This document shows positions 8,876 through 19,163 of a stretch of 54,195 nucleotides of DNA, in pieces. The DNA lies in contig CAZCXK010000017.1 in NCBI GenBank assembly GCA_964502605.1, forward strand, positions 8,681 to 62,875. The letters run 5' to 3'. The notes beneath the pieces are model-generated. The model did no database searches. It saw only the letters and a list, made by a program, of their open reading frames with translations, and was not told where the DNA came from. The first letter of the stretch is position 1. Each line of letters begins with the position of its first letter. Origin of the DNA: an uncultured bacterium. GTDB lineage: Bacteria; Cyanobacteriota; Cyanobacteriia; CAZCXK01. The translations under genes and the position numbers were made by a program.

Positions 8876-10636
8876 TCAAGGTTTGGCATCCCCCTGAATG
8901 ACAGAGTCACTGGTAAATGACCACTTACAGGCGATGGGCATTCGCCAGCCGGTACCAAAGGCGCGGTCAGTAACTTTTAAACCTGGCGGGGCTTGCTTGC
9001 GCTTAAATTCGGCACGGGTTACAAGCTGCACGACCGTTTTCACCACTTGCGGCTCATGGCCTGCCGCAATGATGTCGCTCGGCGACTGATGCTCATGAAT
9101 CAGCCGCTGCAAAATGTCATCCAAAATATCGTAAGACGGCAACGAATCTTGATCGACCTGACCGGGCTTAAGTTCGGCACTAGGCGGTTTGCTGAGAATA
9201 TTGGCCGGAATAATTGCAGATGTTGCTGGCCAGTTGCCTACTGGCTGGCTGCATGTATTCAGCCAGTGGCAGAGAGAATAGACTCGCGTTTTGGGTACGT
9301 CAGCGATCGCCGCTAACCCCCCATTCATATCGCCATAGAGCGTGCAATAGCCCACAGCCATCTCAGACTTATTGCCCGTTGACAGCAGCAGGTAGCCAAA
9401 CTTGTTGGCGATCGCCATCAGCAAATTGCCACGAATGCGCGACTGAATATTTTCTTCGGCGATGCCAAATTCAGTCCCTGCAAATAACGGCGTCAAGGTT
9501 TGATCATAGGCGCTCATCAGCGACCCAATGGGTAGGGTTTCGGTTTTGATGCCTAAATTGTGCGCCAGCTCAAGGGCATCGCCAATCGAGTGATCAGAGC
9601 TATACGGTGACGGCATCAGCACACCGAGCACCTGCTCAGCCCCCAGAGCCGCTGTGGCGATCGCCGCCACCAACGCCGAATCAATGCCGCCGCTAAGGCC
9701 AATCACTGCCCGCAAAAAACCACACTTGTGGGCATAGTCGCGCACCCCCAACACCAGCGCTGACCACAGTTCGGCATCCTCACTTTCAGGCAAGGGGGCG
9801 ATCGCACCCCGACACAAATCATGCTGCGTCAGATCAAAATCAACCAGCAGCAGATCAGCATCAAACCCAATGGCGCGACAGACGAGTTCGCCGCTGCGAT
9901 TAAACCCGACACTGCTGCCATCAAAGATCAGGTCGTCGTTACCCCCCACCTGATTGACATACAAAATCGGTACCTGATAGCGCACGGCGGCATGGGTGAG
10001 CATGGCCTCTCGCAGAGCCTGCTTGCCCAGATGATAAGGCGAACCCGACAGATTCACAATCAGATCAACACCTTGTTCGGTCAAATCATCCAGGGGGTTA
10101 GAGGAATATGAGCGCTTGCCCCAAAATTTTTCATCATTCCAAAGATCTTCACAAATCGTCACCCCAATGCGGAGAGGAGCAGCATCAGGGCTCTCTCCTC
10201 CTGGCAGCAGCGTAAACCAATTGCTGCGAGCATCGGGTTCAAAATAGCGATGATCGTCGAAGACATCGTAGGTCGGCAGCAAGCGCTTATGAAACGTCCG
10301 CTGGACTCGCCCCCCTTCCAGCAGAGCAATGCTATTAAACAGGGGTTTGCCACCAGTTTGGGGCGATCGCGTATTGGGTTCTGCCGTGCCCACCAACACC
10401 GCCAACTCAGGGGGCAGGGCGCGAGCAAGGTCTTGCAGAGTTTTCGCCATCGCCGCAATCAAGCTCGGCTTCATCAACAAATCGCGGGGCGGATACCCTG
10501 CCAGCGATAGTTCTGGTGTCAACATCAGCCGTGCGCCTTCAGCAACTGCCGCCTGAGCCGCACGTAAAATCTGCTGAGCATTGCCAGCCAGATCACCAAT
10601 AACAGGATTTAACTGGGCGATCGCAATTTTCATCAT
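8876..10636 (-). CDS. nadE: Glutamine-dependent NAD+ synthase
   Basis: Nitrilase-like domain (PEL, KRLLPTYDVFDD, ICEDLW) plus synthetase domain (GLSGGIDSA, ENIQSRIRG, TGNKSE, PPSAEL). Confidence 0.96.
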   Translation of the reverse strand: MMKIAIAQLNPVIGDLAGNAQQILRAAQAAVAEGARLMLTPELSLAGYPPRDLLMKPSLIAAMAKTLQDLARALPPELAVLVGTAEPNTRSPQTGGKPLFNSIALLEGGRVQRTFHKRLLPTYDVFDDHRYFEPDARSNWFTLLPGGESPDAAPLRIGVTICEDLWNDEKFWGKRSYSSNPLDDLTEQGVDLIVNLSGSPYHLGKQALREAMLTHAAVRYQVPILYVNQVGGNDDLIFDGSSVGFNRSGELVCRAIGFDADLLLVDFDLTQHDLCRGAIAPLPESEDAELWSALVLGVRDYAHKCGFLRAVIGLSGGIDSALVAAIATAALGAEQVLGVLMPSPYSSDHSIGDALELAHNLGIKTETLPIGSLMSAYDQTLTPLFAGTEFGIAEENIQSRIRGNLLMAIANKFGYLLLSTGNKSEMAVGYCTLYGDMNGGLAAIADVPKTRVYSLCHWLNTCSQPVGNWPATSAIIPANILSKPPSAELKPGQVDQDSLPSYDILDDILQRLIHEHQSPSDIIAAGHEPQVVKTVVQLVTRAEFKRKQAPPGLKVTDRAFGTGWRMPIACKWSFTSDSVIQGDAKP

Positions 10637-10724
10637 TCTGAATTATATCAAGTGCATCTTGGAACCTCGGACGTGCTCCAGGCAGAACATATGTTCTAGT
10701 CTGAGATAACAGTTAGATAAACAC

Positions 10725-11471
10725 CTAAATAAACACCAGGGGTTTATCTTTCAGCGGTGCAAATGCCTCTGGGTCAAAGCGATAGAGGCTAGCAGGCCGC
10801 CCTGCTCCACGCGAGGCTTTAATCCCTGTGTCACACAAAAACCCAAGCTTGAGGAGCTTGGCACGAAAGTTGGAATAGTCTGAGAAATTGTCACCCAACA
10901 CAATCGTATAAAGCTGATAGAGATCACTGAGAGTAAACAGCTCGGGCAACACGTCAAAGGCAATAGGGCTATATTCCAGCTTGTTGCGTAGGCGACGGTA
11001 GCCGTATTGCAAAATTTCATTGTGATCAAAGGCGAGCTGCGGAATTTGACTCATTGGATACCAAGCAATACCGCTGACACCATCGGCAATCAGCTCGGCT
11101 TCGGCAAAGCGCACTAGGGCAAAATAGCTCACCGACAAATATCGAACGCCATAACTCTCAGCCGACTCACGCGGATCGCGCCCCGGCTCACCAAAGCTGT
11201 AGAGCTGTTCGAGGTAGAGATTCTCAACCCGAATTTTTTCAGACAGCACCCGGTAGGCCGCATCTTCTAGCGATTCTCCGATGCGAACGAGCGTTCCAGG
11301 CAAGCTCCACTGTCCCAAAAATGGAGGATCTTGCCGCATCACCAGCAGCGCCAGCAGACGGTTCTGATCGGTATCGACCGAAAAAATGACGTTATCGACA
11401 CCGACTTTGAAGTCTGCCAAGGCGCGCTGGGCTAGCGAGTCGGCAGGCTTTTTTTGGACTCGTCCTGACAT
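10725..11471 (-). CDS. nrtR: NrtR transcriptional regulator (degenerate Nudix plus wHTH)
   Basis: WSLPG, LEQLYSFG.PGRDPR, LAFDH, FTLSDL, NFR, GRPASLY; lies inside the NAD-salvage cluster. Confidence 0.9.
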   Translation of the reverse strand: MSGRVQKKPADSLAQRALADFKVGVDNVIFSVDTDQNRLLALLVMRQDPPFLGQWSLPGTLVRIGESLEDAAYRVLSEKIRVENLYLEQLYSFGEPGRDPRESAESYGVRYLSVSYFALVRFAEAELIADGVSGIAWYPMSQIPQLAFDHNEILQYGYRRLRNKLEYSPIAFDVLPELFTLSDLYQLYTIVLGDNFSDYSNFRAKLLKLGFLCDTGIKASRGAGRPASLYRFDPEAFAPLKDKPLVFI

Positions 11472-12031
11472 TCGTAGAGTTGCTCTCGGTGAATATATGC
11501 TTCAACAGGAGGGGTAATGGCATTGGGATCGCCAGCCTGACGGTAGGCCGTAGATGAAACAGGCAATCCCGTCATGTCGGCGATCGCCACATGGGCTCCC
11601 TGATGTCGTAACTGCTCTAAATCAGAGTCTTGTAGCGGATAGCCAGGTCGGGGCACCACCAGTAGCTTAACCTGCTCAAACAAGTCTTCCACGCGATACC
11701 AGCGCGCCAGTTGCCGGATTAAATCTGACCCAACGACCAGGGTAAACTCGGCTTCTGGCCAGTGCAGCCGCGCCCGCTCAACCGTCACAATCGCTCGGGG
11801 GCTACTCAACTCTTGGCGCAGGTGAATGTTGTATCGAGGGGGCTCAATGTCAACAATCAGCAGTTGCAGCATTGCCGCCCGATGGGATAAAGGGGTTTGA
11901 TGCGTTTTGAATGGATTATCTGATGCCCAAACTGCCACCTCATCAACGTGGTAAGACAACCAGTTCAAAATCTGTTGATGTCCGGCAGTCGGCGGATCAG
12001 CACTCGTGCCAAAGAGAGCGATGTGAGTCAT
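11432..12031 (-). CDS. nadD: Nicotinate-nucleotide adenylyltransferase
   Basis: ALFGTSADPPTAGH, VVGSDL, VPRPGY, VSST motifs. Confidence 0.9.
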   Translation of the reverse strand: MTHIALFGTSADPPTAGHQQILNWLSYHVDEVAVWASDNPFKTHQTPLSHRAAMLQLLIVDIEPPRYNIHLRQELSSPRAIVTVERARLHWPEAEFTLVVGSDLIRQLARWYRVEDLFEQVKLLVVPRPGYPLQDSDLEQLRHQGAHVAIADMTGLPVSSTAYRQAGDPNAITPPVEAYIHREQLYECQDESKKSLPTR

Positions 12032-12099
12032 GGGTGTCAGCAGAAAAGATAAAGAGTGGTAGAAAATACCAAGACGAACTCAGGAATTGCGGGTGCAAT

Positions 12100-13470
12100 T
12101 CAATCTTGGCGTTTGATGCGCTGTAGTGTCTGCTCTGTCAAATCGTTGAGGGCTGCAGAAATCTCAGGCTCAACCCGGCGGGGGGCAGCCCTGATGCAGC
12201 GCAAATCGGCAGGCAAGGCGGCTACGGATGCGGCAGTCCGGCTGGCCAAGGTGGCGATCGCCTCAGGCTGATACAGGCGATCGCCCTGGCTCACCACCTG
12301 CTGCATCAGCGGTTGCCCAGCGGCTGAGTCAATTGGCTCAGTCATTAGACTCAGGCGATCGCCCCAAAACTGGCCCCCATCATCCCAGCGGCGATAGATT
12401 TGCTTACGTCCAGGGTAGGTCACCTTGTCAGTCGATGCCTTCATCGTTGGAATTCCATCAATTTCTACGAGCTTATAGACTCCATTCACAGGTTTGCCAG
12501 TCACCAACTTGGTGCCCAAGCCATAGCCATCAATTTTGGCACCCGCCTGCCGCAGTCGCTTAATTTCAGATTCATCTAAGTCACCACTAGCAAAAATGAT
12601 CGTATCGGGAAGCAACGATCGCACCTGTCGGGAAAGCGACACTAACTCTCCAGAATCCAGTCGAATGGCATCAACCTGCATGGTTCCAGCCTTGACCTGA
12701 GTCGCTAGCCGTCGAGCCGCCGCCATCGAATCATAAGTGTCGATCAGCAGTGCCGCCTGCGGGAAATAGCGATGAAACGCTGTGAAAGCCTTGTCTTCCG
12801 CACCTTCAAGCGCAGACAGAGCCATGACTAACGAATGCGCCATCGTCCCACTGGGAATCTGCCCCAACCGCACCGCCGCTAACACATTTGAGGTTGCATT
12901 CAACCCCCCTGCCAGTGCCGCTCGTGCCCCCCACAGGGCTCCTTGGGGACTAAACGCCCGCCGCGTGCCAAATTCTAATAGCCGCGCCTCTGCACCGGCA
13001 GCATCTCGCATGCGAGCGGCTCGTGTCGCCACCAGCGTTTGATAATTCAGCGCGTTGAGCAGATAGGTTTCAGCGAGTTGCGCTTGCCAGAGAGGAGCCT
13101 CTATCCGCAATAGCGGCTCATTGCCAAACACAACCGTGCCCTCTGGCACAGCCCACACATCCCCCGTAAAGCGAGCATCTCGCAACAGCGCCCAAAACGA
13201 GTCAGGCACATGGTCAAATAGCCCTGTGGCTCTCAAAGCGTCCATCTGCTCGGCAGGAAAACATAGCTGCTCTAGATAGTCGAGAGCTTGCTCTAACCCC
13301 ATGGCCACCAAATAGCCAAACTCATCGGGCAACCGTCGCACAAACATCTCAAAACTAGCCGGACGCTGTTGAATATCTTCGCCAACGTAGCAGGCGATCA
13401 TCGTTAACTGATATAAATCTGTCAGCAGCCCATAATCGTCTGGTGAAATATTGAGAGATTGAGCGCTCAT
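12100..13470 (-). CDS. pncB: Nicotinate phosphoribosyltransferase
   Basis: LLTDLYQLTM, EFGTRRA, TSNVLA, GTMAHS, LIDTYD, RLDSG, GVYKLV motifs. Confidence 0.92.
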   Translation of the reverse strand: MSAQSLNISPDDYGLLTDLYQLTMIACYVGEDIQQRPASFEMFVRRLPDEFGYLVAMGLEQALDYLEQLCFPAEQMDALRATGLFDHVPDSFWALLRDARFTGDVWAVPEGTVVFGNEPLLRIEAPLWQAQLAETYLLNALNYQTLVATRAARMRDAAGAEARLLEFGTRRAFSPQGALWGARAALAGGLNATSNVLAAVRLGQIPSGTMAHSLVMALSALEGAEDKAFTAFHRYFPQAALLIDTYDSMAAARRLATQVKAGTMQVDAIRLDSGELVSLSRQVRSLLPDTIIFASGDLDESEIKRLRQAGAKIDGYGLGTKLVTGKPVNGVYKLVEIDGIPTMKASTDKVTYPGRKQIYRRWDDGGQFWGDRLSLMTEPIDSAAGQPLMQQVVSQGDRLYQPEAIATLASRTAASVAALPADLRCIRAAPRRVEPEISAALNDLTEQTLQRIKRQD

Positions 13471-13674
13471 AGTAAATCTTGAGTGAAAGCGACAACGTGG
13501 TTCATCCCGATAGGTTGACCAACTTAGAACTGCCCAGAGCCTCAGCCTACAGCTAGATCAACGGTAGTCTGCCATTGCCAATAGGCAGCGGCCACCCCAT
13601 ACTTGGGCACTCCAGGGGTCAGGGCTAGTGCCCAACATTGCAATTTGATTGATGCCCTAAAGAAGTTATCTTGA

Positions 13675-13728
13675 TTATAGTGTTTTTAACTAAAATAGAA
13701 AGTATGTTTCTAATGAAAATTACCAAAT
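13675..13728. promoter_or_regulatory. Two candidate NrtR operators
   Basis: TTATAGT-GTTTTTA-ACTAAAA (13675-13695) fits the GT-N7-AC AT-rich palindrome of NrtR sites; weaker copy at 13708-13728. About 200 bp upstream of pncB. Confidence 0.65.
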
Positions 13729-14016
13729 AAAGCGGCTGTGTTGGCACGATGATGGAGCATCATCTGCTGCCAATTCTGAGCGCTCATGCGACTAATCTTG
13801 TCGATAACTAGACCACCAAAGCTAGAATCTTCCGACAAAAGACCTCTGAATCCGAGTCAGGCGCAACAGGTTTGGCCGCACGAATCAATCAGATCAGGAC
13901 GCGATCGCCCTGCTTCATGAACATCTACATTGGCTCAATTTATATTAAATTCAACTAAAAATATCCCGACTTATAGGTTGAAACCTGTGTTTGAGGGCAG
14001 ATGTGGAGCGCAAGAT

Positions 14017-15825
14017 ATGGCAAACTCAATTACCCTTTACGAGATGCTGCTCACCCTGGATGGGCGCAACTACAAGGCATATAAAGCACTGCAAGGAACC
14101 TACGACTGTGAGGGCTTTCGGTTGCTGATTGATCATGTGCAGGGTGATCCGTTTGCGGCACCCAGTCGAGTGCGGGTGCAGGTGCCGCATGCGATCGCCT
14201 CTCGTCCGACCTCCGATCCGATCTCCGATCCGATCTCCGATCCGGCCTGCGATCATCCATTGTCAACTCAGGCCAGCATCCCGTTTCCAGCAGATCTGGT
14301 GCGATCGCCCAGTCGAGTCATTGCCCTTTGTGATTATCTCACTCGTCAGTTTGATCAGGCTGCAGCTCAGATCAGAGGCCGTCGAGGCAGTGGCAAAAGC
14401 GGACTGATTGCGATCGCCTCTCTTGGCCAGCAGATCCTTGAGCGCACCTCCGTTGTCATTCGAGATACCACTCTCGAAGCTCGATTTGTCGTGGGGCTAC
14501 CCGCTCGGGGGCGCACAATTTTAGGGCAGCAGGCAGCCGAATTGCTATGTGACGACATCCCTGCTCTGGTTGAAGCCGCACTCACCTATCACGCTCTAGA
14601 CGCCCAACCGCTGCAGCACCATGTTGAAACTGTCGAAGATGCCGATTGGCTGCGGCAGCAGTTGGCAGGCCAGCATCTAGTTGCCTTCATTGCAGATGGT
14701 GCGACTTTGCCCCGGCAGAGTGGCGTAGACGATCGCCCCCTTGCCCGAGACAGCGTTCCCTTCCAGTCGCCTGACAGCCTGCGCGTTACCTTTGATTGTC
14801 CCAATTTGGGTCGCATCACCGGCATGGGGATTCCTGCAGGCATTACGCTGATTGTGGGTGGAGGCTATCATGGCAAATCGACTCTACTACGGGCGATCGC
14901 CCTGGGCATTTACAATCACATTCCCGGCGATGGGCGTGAGCGGGTCGTCACCGATGGGGCAACGGTCAAGGTGCGAGCTGAAGACGGGCGCAGCGTTGCC
15001 GGGGTGGATATTTCGCCGTTTATTAACCACTTGCCTCAGGGCCGCCCCACAACCCAGTTCTCAACGGCAAACGCCAGCGGTAGCACCTCACAAGCTGCAA
15101 CCATCATCGAAGCCTTAGAGATGAATGCTCAAGTGCTGCTTGTCGATGAAGATACCTCCGCGACCAACTTTATGATCCGCGATCGCCGCATGCAAGCGCT
15201 GATTGCCAAAGAAAAGGAACCGATCACGCCGTTTATTGACAAGATTGAGCAGCTTTACCACGAACAGGGCGTCTCTACCATTTTGGTGATGGGGGGCAGC
15301 GGCGACTATTTTGACGTAGCCAACCGGGTGATCGGCATGACTGACTTTCAGCCCTATGATCTGACCCAGGATGCCAAAGCGATCGCCCAGCAGTATGGCA
15401 CTGAGCGCACCCCTGAAGGCGGCACGGCCTTTGGCACGATGCAGGATCGAGTGCCGAAGGCCAGACGCCTCGATGCCAGTGACGATCCCCGTGGCCCAAA
15501 GATCAAAGTCCGTAGGGTGAATGAGATCTGTTTTGGCGCTGAAACTATTGACGTATCTGCCATTGATCAACTAGTCGATCAGGCTCAGCTGCAGGCCATT
15601 GCCAGGGCGATCGCCCACCTGCAAGACCACGCTCTTGGCTCACAGCAGTCGTTGAGTCGGATCATTTATGACCTGATCGACACATTAACAACCCAGGGGC
15701 TTGACATGCTTTCTGATTCCCCTCGCGGTGATTTGGCCATGGTTCGCTCGTTTGAAGTGGCTGCAGCGCTCAATCGGCTGCGATCGCTCGAAATTTTGGA
15801 TCAGTCGCCCCCGGAGCAACGATAG
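14017..15825 (+). CDS. ABC-class-like ATPase domain protein (uncharacterised P-loop family)
   Basis: HVQGDPFAAPSR, Walker A GGGYHGKST, RAEDGR, ASGSTSQAA, Walker B LLVDEDTSATNFMIRD; start moved to ATG 14017. Confidence 0.85.
   Translation: MANSITLYEMLLTLDGRNYKAYKALQGTYDCEGFRLLIDHVQGDPFAAPSRVRVQVPHAIASRPTSDPISDPISDPACDHPLSTQASIPFPADLVRSPSRVIALCDYLTRQFDQAAAQIRGRRGSGKSGLIAIASLGQQILERTSVVIRDTTLEARFVVGLPARGRTILGQQAAELLCDDIPALVEAALTYHALDAQPLQHHVETVEDADWLRQQLAGQHLVAFIADGATLPRQSGVDDRPLARDSVPFQSPDSLRVTFDCPNLGRITGMGIPAGITLIVGGGYHGKSTLLRAIALGIYNHIPGDGRERVVTDGATVKVRAEDGRSVAGVDISPFINHLPQGRPTTQFSTANASGSTSQAATIIEALEMNAQVLLVDEDTSATNFMIRDRRMQALIAKEKEPITPFIDKIEQLYHEQGVSTILVMGGSGDYFDVANRVIGMTDFQPYDLTQDAKAIAQQYGTERTPEGGTAFGTMQDRVPKARRLDASDDPRGPKIKVRRVNEICFGAETIDVSAIDQLVDQAQLQAIARAIAHLQDHALGSQQSLSRIIYDLIDTLTTQGLDMLSDSPRGDLAMVRSFEVAAALNRLRSLEILDQSPPEQR
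14205..14254 (+). repeat. In-frame 12-bp tandem repeat (CTCCGATCCGAT x~3)
   Basis: Read directly from the sequence; encodes PTSDPISDPISDPACD. Confidence 0.9.
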
Positions 15826-15835
15826 AGGTTAACCG

Positions 15836-17530
15836 CTACATCGACGAACTGCCAAGCACCAGCAACCCGACCATCGTGGCACTGTTCCAAAGGCTATGCA
15901 CTAGCATCGGAGCCAACAAATTGCGAGATCGCACATAAACAAATCCCAAGACGACTCCTAAAACCGTTAGGGGCAAGATTTCAGAAAAACTCAGGTGCGC
16001 TGCTGCAAAAATCACGGCACTGAGGGCGATCGCCCCCCATACGGGTAGATATCGGGTCAGCGATGGCAACAAAAAACCGCGAAATAAGATTTCTTCAAAC
16101 ACAGGAGCGGCGATCGCTGCCGTGACAAAGAAAATTCCTAGAGCGACAGGGTCACCCTCCCGCAACACAATTTCCAACAGCGGATTGTTGCCGCCTCGAC
16201 CTTGCCAAATTTGCTGATTGACCAAAGAGATGCCGATCACCAAGGGCAATGCGGCAAAATAGCCCCCTAACCCCCACAAGGCCCATCGTCCCTGAAGTCT
16301 AGCGCAGAACCAGTCAGCCGACAGCGGCAAATGTGGCTTGATTGACAGATACATCACCAGCAATGACACTGCTGCAATAATCACATAGATCAACAGCGTC
16401 GAAAACGCCGTGACTCGACCGCTCGAAGTATCCACTGCCACCCCCTGCACCAACAAAACCTGGGACACGATGGCTCGCACTAAACTAAACACGATAGGTA
16501 AAACAATCTGTCCCAAAAAGAAAAATCCAACAATCAAAACTTGCCAAATGACCAGCCCAGACCAAGGGGTTTCCCAGGCCAACCCGTCAGTTTGAGCCAG
16601 CAACGCCCGCTTACCCTGCACCAATCGCTGAATCACTAGAAAAATGAGTAAACCAACCCCAATTAGGCAGCCGATGGCAGGAGCCGTGCCGACGAGGGCT
16701 AGCTTGACCACTGCCTGCTGGGCGATTTCCTGTTCTTTGATTTGCAGTGCCTCTAGACTCTCAAGTCTCTGCTGCAGCTCATACAGCCGCCCCAGTGCTA
16801 CATAGCGAAACCAGCCTTCGAGCTGCTGCTGTAAGGTCTGTTCTGCATCGGGCAATAGTCGTGACGGCTCACTCCAGAGCCCTACCAACACCGAAGCCGC
16901 CGCTACCAGCGAGTCTTGATTGGCAGCGGTAGATGGATCGAGGGCTGAGTCTGCTGTTGCTGACTCCATAAAGCGGTTCCAGGTAGTGAGAGCCGCCTCG
17001 CGATCGCCCTGGCGCGCCTGCAAAATGCCAATGCGGACATCAAGCTGATTGAGCAACGCCTGTTGCTGGCTGAGTCGCAATCGCACCTGCTGGATTTGCC
17101 CCGACACCACTGAGCTGGACGGACTGGGCGGCACGCTGGTCACAATGGGCGACCCCGTATCGATGTTTGCGGTCAGTTCTTCCAGTCTGGCCTGATTGGT
17201 CTCAAGGTCTTGCTGCGTCGATTGCCGCACAGACTCGTATTGATCGAGAGCCGTTTGCAGCGGGTCATTTTCGAGCAGAGCCTTGCGGACGGGCGTTAAA
17301 TCAGCACCGGCTCCTGACGACGGCTGAATCTCGCTGGCATGGAGCAGCAGACTGGTTTGATAAAGCTGCAAACGGTCGGTGATCTGAGGTTTGTCAAGGC
17401 TACTAATCAGAGCAGGCCCAGCCGACAAAATTACCACAATCAGAGTCAACACGCTTAATATCAAGCGTCTTGGTGTCATGCGTTTGCGTCTCCCAGCCGA
17501 TGCGAGGGGCTTCGACCGGGCTGTGTCCAT
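15836..17530 (-). CDS. CPBP (CAAX/Abi) family intramembrane metalloprotease with extended N-terminal soluble domain
   Basis: APVFEEILFRG, FAAAH and HSLWN motifs; alternative start at 17479. Confidence 0.9.
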   Translation of the reverse strand: MDTARSKPLASAGRRKRMTPRRLILSVLTLIVVILSAGPALISSLDKPQITDRLQLYQTSLLLHASEIQPSSGAGADLTPVRKALLENDPLQTALDQYESVRQSTQQDLETNQARLEELTANIDTGSPIVTSVPPSPSSSVVSGQIQQVRLRLSQQQALLNQLDVRIGILQARQGDREAALTTWNRFMESATADSALDPSTAANQDSLVAAASVLVGLWSEPSRLLPDAEQTLQQQLEGWFRYVALGRLYELQQRLESLEALQIKEQEIAQQAVVKLALVGTAPAIGCLIGVGLLIFLVIQRLVQGKRALLAQTDGLAWETPWSGLVIWQVLIVGFFFLGQIVLPIVFSLVRAIVSQVLLVQGVAVDTSSGRVTAFSTLLIYVIIAAVSLLVMYLSIKPHLPLSADWFCARLQGRWALWGLGGYFAALPLVIGISLVNQQIWQGRGGNNPLLEIVLREGDPVALGIFFVTAAIAAPVFEEILFRGFLLPSLTRYLPVWGAIALSAVIFAAAHLSFSEILPLTVLGVVLGFVYVRSRNLLAPMLVHSLWNSATMVGLLVLGSSSM

Positions 17531-17669
17531 TGCCCCATATCTAAAAATCTTGACATCTTCAGCCTAATCATTGCAGCACGACAGGTTCTAGCTGGCATTA
17601 TCGCACTGTTCGCCGGAGAACGGGAGTCGAGTCAAGGTCCCAAACAGGGTAGAATTCTTCTGGTTTTGA

Positions 17670-19070
17670 TTGCAGCCTCTGGAGGATAAAACCCTGACTA
17701 CTCGCGTTATTCTCGTACGTCATGGTGAGAGCACCTACAACGCCCAGCGTAAAGTTCAGGGTCACTGTGATGAATCTACACTGACTGATGCGGGTCAAGC
17801 CGCTGCGCGTCAAGTGGGTGCTGCCTTAAAAGGGTTGCCGCTTGATGCGATCTACAGCAGTCCACTGCGTCGCGCCCGTGCGACGGCTGAGCTAATTGTA
17901 GACAGCTTGGAGTTAACATCGCCTGCTCTCCCGATTCAGTTCACAGAAAATCTGCTAGAAATTAGCCTACCGCTGTGGGAGGGAATGCAATTTGCGGATG
18001 TGAAAGCCCAGTTTCCAGAGCAATATGATGACTGGCGCGATCGCCCCGACAAACTGCGGATGCCCATCTCAACTCCTACAGGAGAGACTGATTTCTTCCC
18101 GGTGCCAGCCTTATTTGAACAGGCTCAGCAGTTTTGGCGGATGGTACTACCCCAGCATTCAGATCACACCCTGCTTGTAGTGGCTCATAGCGGCATCAAC
18201 CGAGCCCTCATCTACACGGCTATGGGCTTAAATCCCGCTCAGTATGCGCGGTTTCACCTGTCAAACTGTAGCATTAGCGTTCTCAATTTTTCAGGAGAGT
18301 TAGGGCAGCCCGCCCAACTTGAATCGCTCAACCTCACCGCCCATATCGGCGAACCTCTGCCCAAGCTTCGCACTGAGCATCGAGGCCCTCGTTTGCTGCT
18401 AGTTCGTCATGGAGAAACCAACTGGAACCGAGACCAACGCTTCCAGGGTCAGATTGACGTGCCCTTAAATGAACGTGGGTATGAGCAAGCCGACCGCTGT
18501 GGCGAGTTTCTGGCAGATGTCTCCATCGATCGGATTGTGACAAGCCCGATGTTGCGCCCCAAACAGACGGCGGAGCGCATTGCCTGCCATCATCTAGGGG
18601 TGTCGCTAGAGCTGCTCGACAACCTCAAAGAAATTAGCCATGGCCTCTGGGAAGGCAAGCTCGAAGCCGAAATTGAGCGTGACTATCCGGGAGAACTGCA
18701 GCGTTGGAAGCGATCGCCTGCATCGGTGCAAATGCCAGACGGTGAGAACCTTGATCAAGTGTGGCAACGGGCGATCGCCGCTTGGAACACGATCTTAGCG
18801 TCCCTGCAGCATCTGCCCCCGGACGATGCTGCCCATGCCCCCTCTTCTACCGTGGTGGTGGTGGCGCATGATGCCGTCAACAAGGCCATTTTGTGTCATC
18901 TCGTGGATCAGAATCCTGAGCACTTTTGGGTATTTAAGCAGGGTAATGGGTCTGTAACGGTAATTGACTACCCGCGAGGGGTTGAGTATCCGCCGCTAAT
19001 TCAGGCGATTAATATCACTAGTTTTATTAATGGAGGGGTGCTCGATCAGACGGCTGCCGGAGCGTTATGA
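17670..19070 (+). CDS. Tandem-domain histidine phosphatase (PGM/phosphoserine phosphatase-like)
   Basis: Two LVRHG motifs, SSPLRRA / TSPMLRP, two VVAH motifs. Exact start uncertain (17670-17694). Confidence 0.9.
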   Translation: MQPLEDKTLTTRVILVRHGESTYNAQRKVQGHCDESTLTDAGQAAARQVGAALKGLPLDAIYSSPLRRARATAELIVDSLELTSPALPIQFTENLLEISLPLWEGMQFADVKAQFPEQYDDWRDRPDKLRMPISTPTGETDFFPVPALFEQAQQFWRMVLPQHSDHTLLVVAHSGINRALIYTAMGLNPAQYARFHLSNCSISVLNFSGELGQPAQLESLNLTAHIGEPLPKLRTEHRGPRLLLVRHGETNWNRDQRFQGQIDVPLNERGYEQADRCGEFLADVSIDRIVTSPMLRPKQTAERIACHHLGVSLELLDNLKEISHGLWEGKLEAEIERDYPGELQRWKRSPASVQMPDGENLDQVWQRAIAAWNTILASLQHLPPDDAAHAPSSTVVVVAHDAVNKAILCHLVDQNPEHFWVFKQGNGSVTVIDYPRGVEYPPLIQAINITSFINGGVLDQTAAGAL

Positions 19071-19163
19071 AGCTCAAGCATTCGGTCAGAGTCTTTCAAT
19101 GTGTCCCATTATGCAATCATTCGACTGAGTCTGTCCGCATCTTACGTCTCCATCACTCCCATC

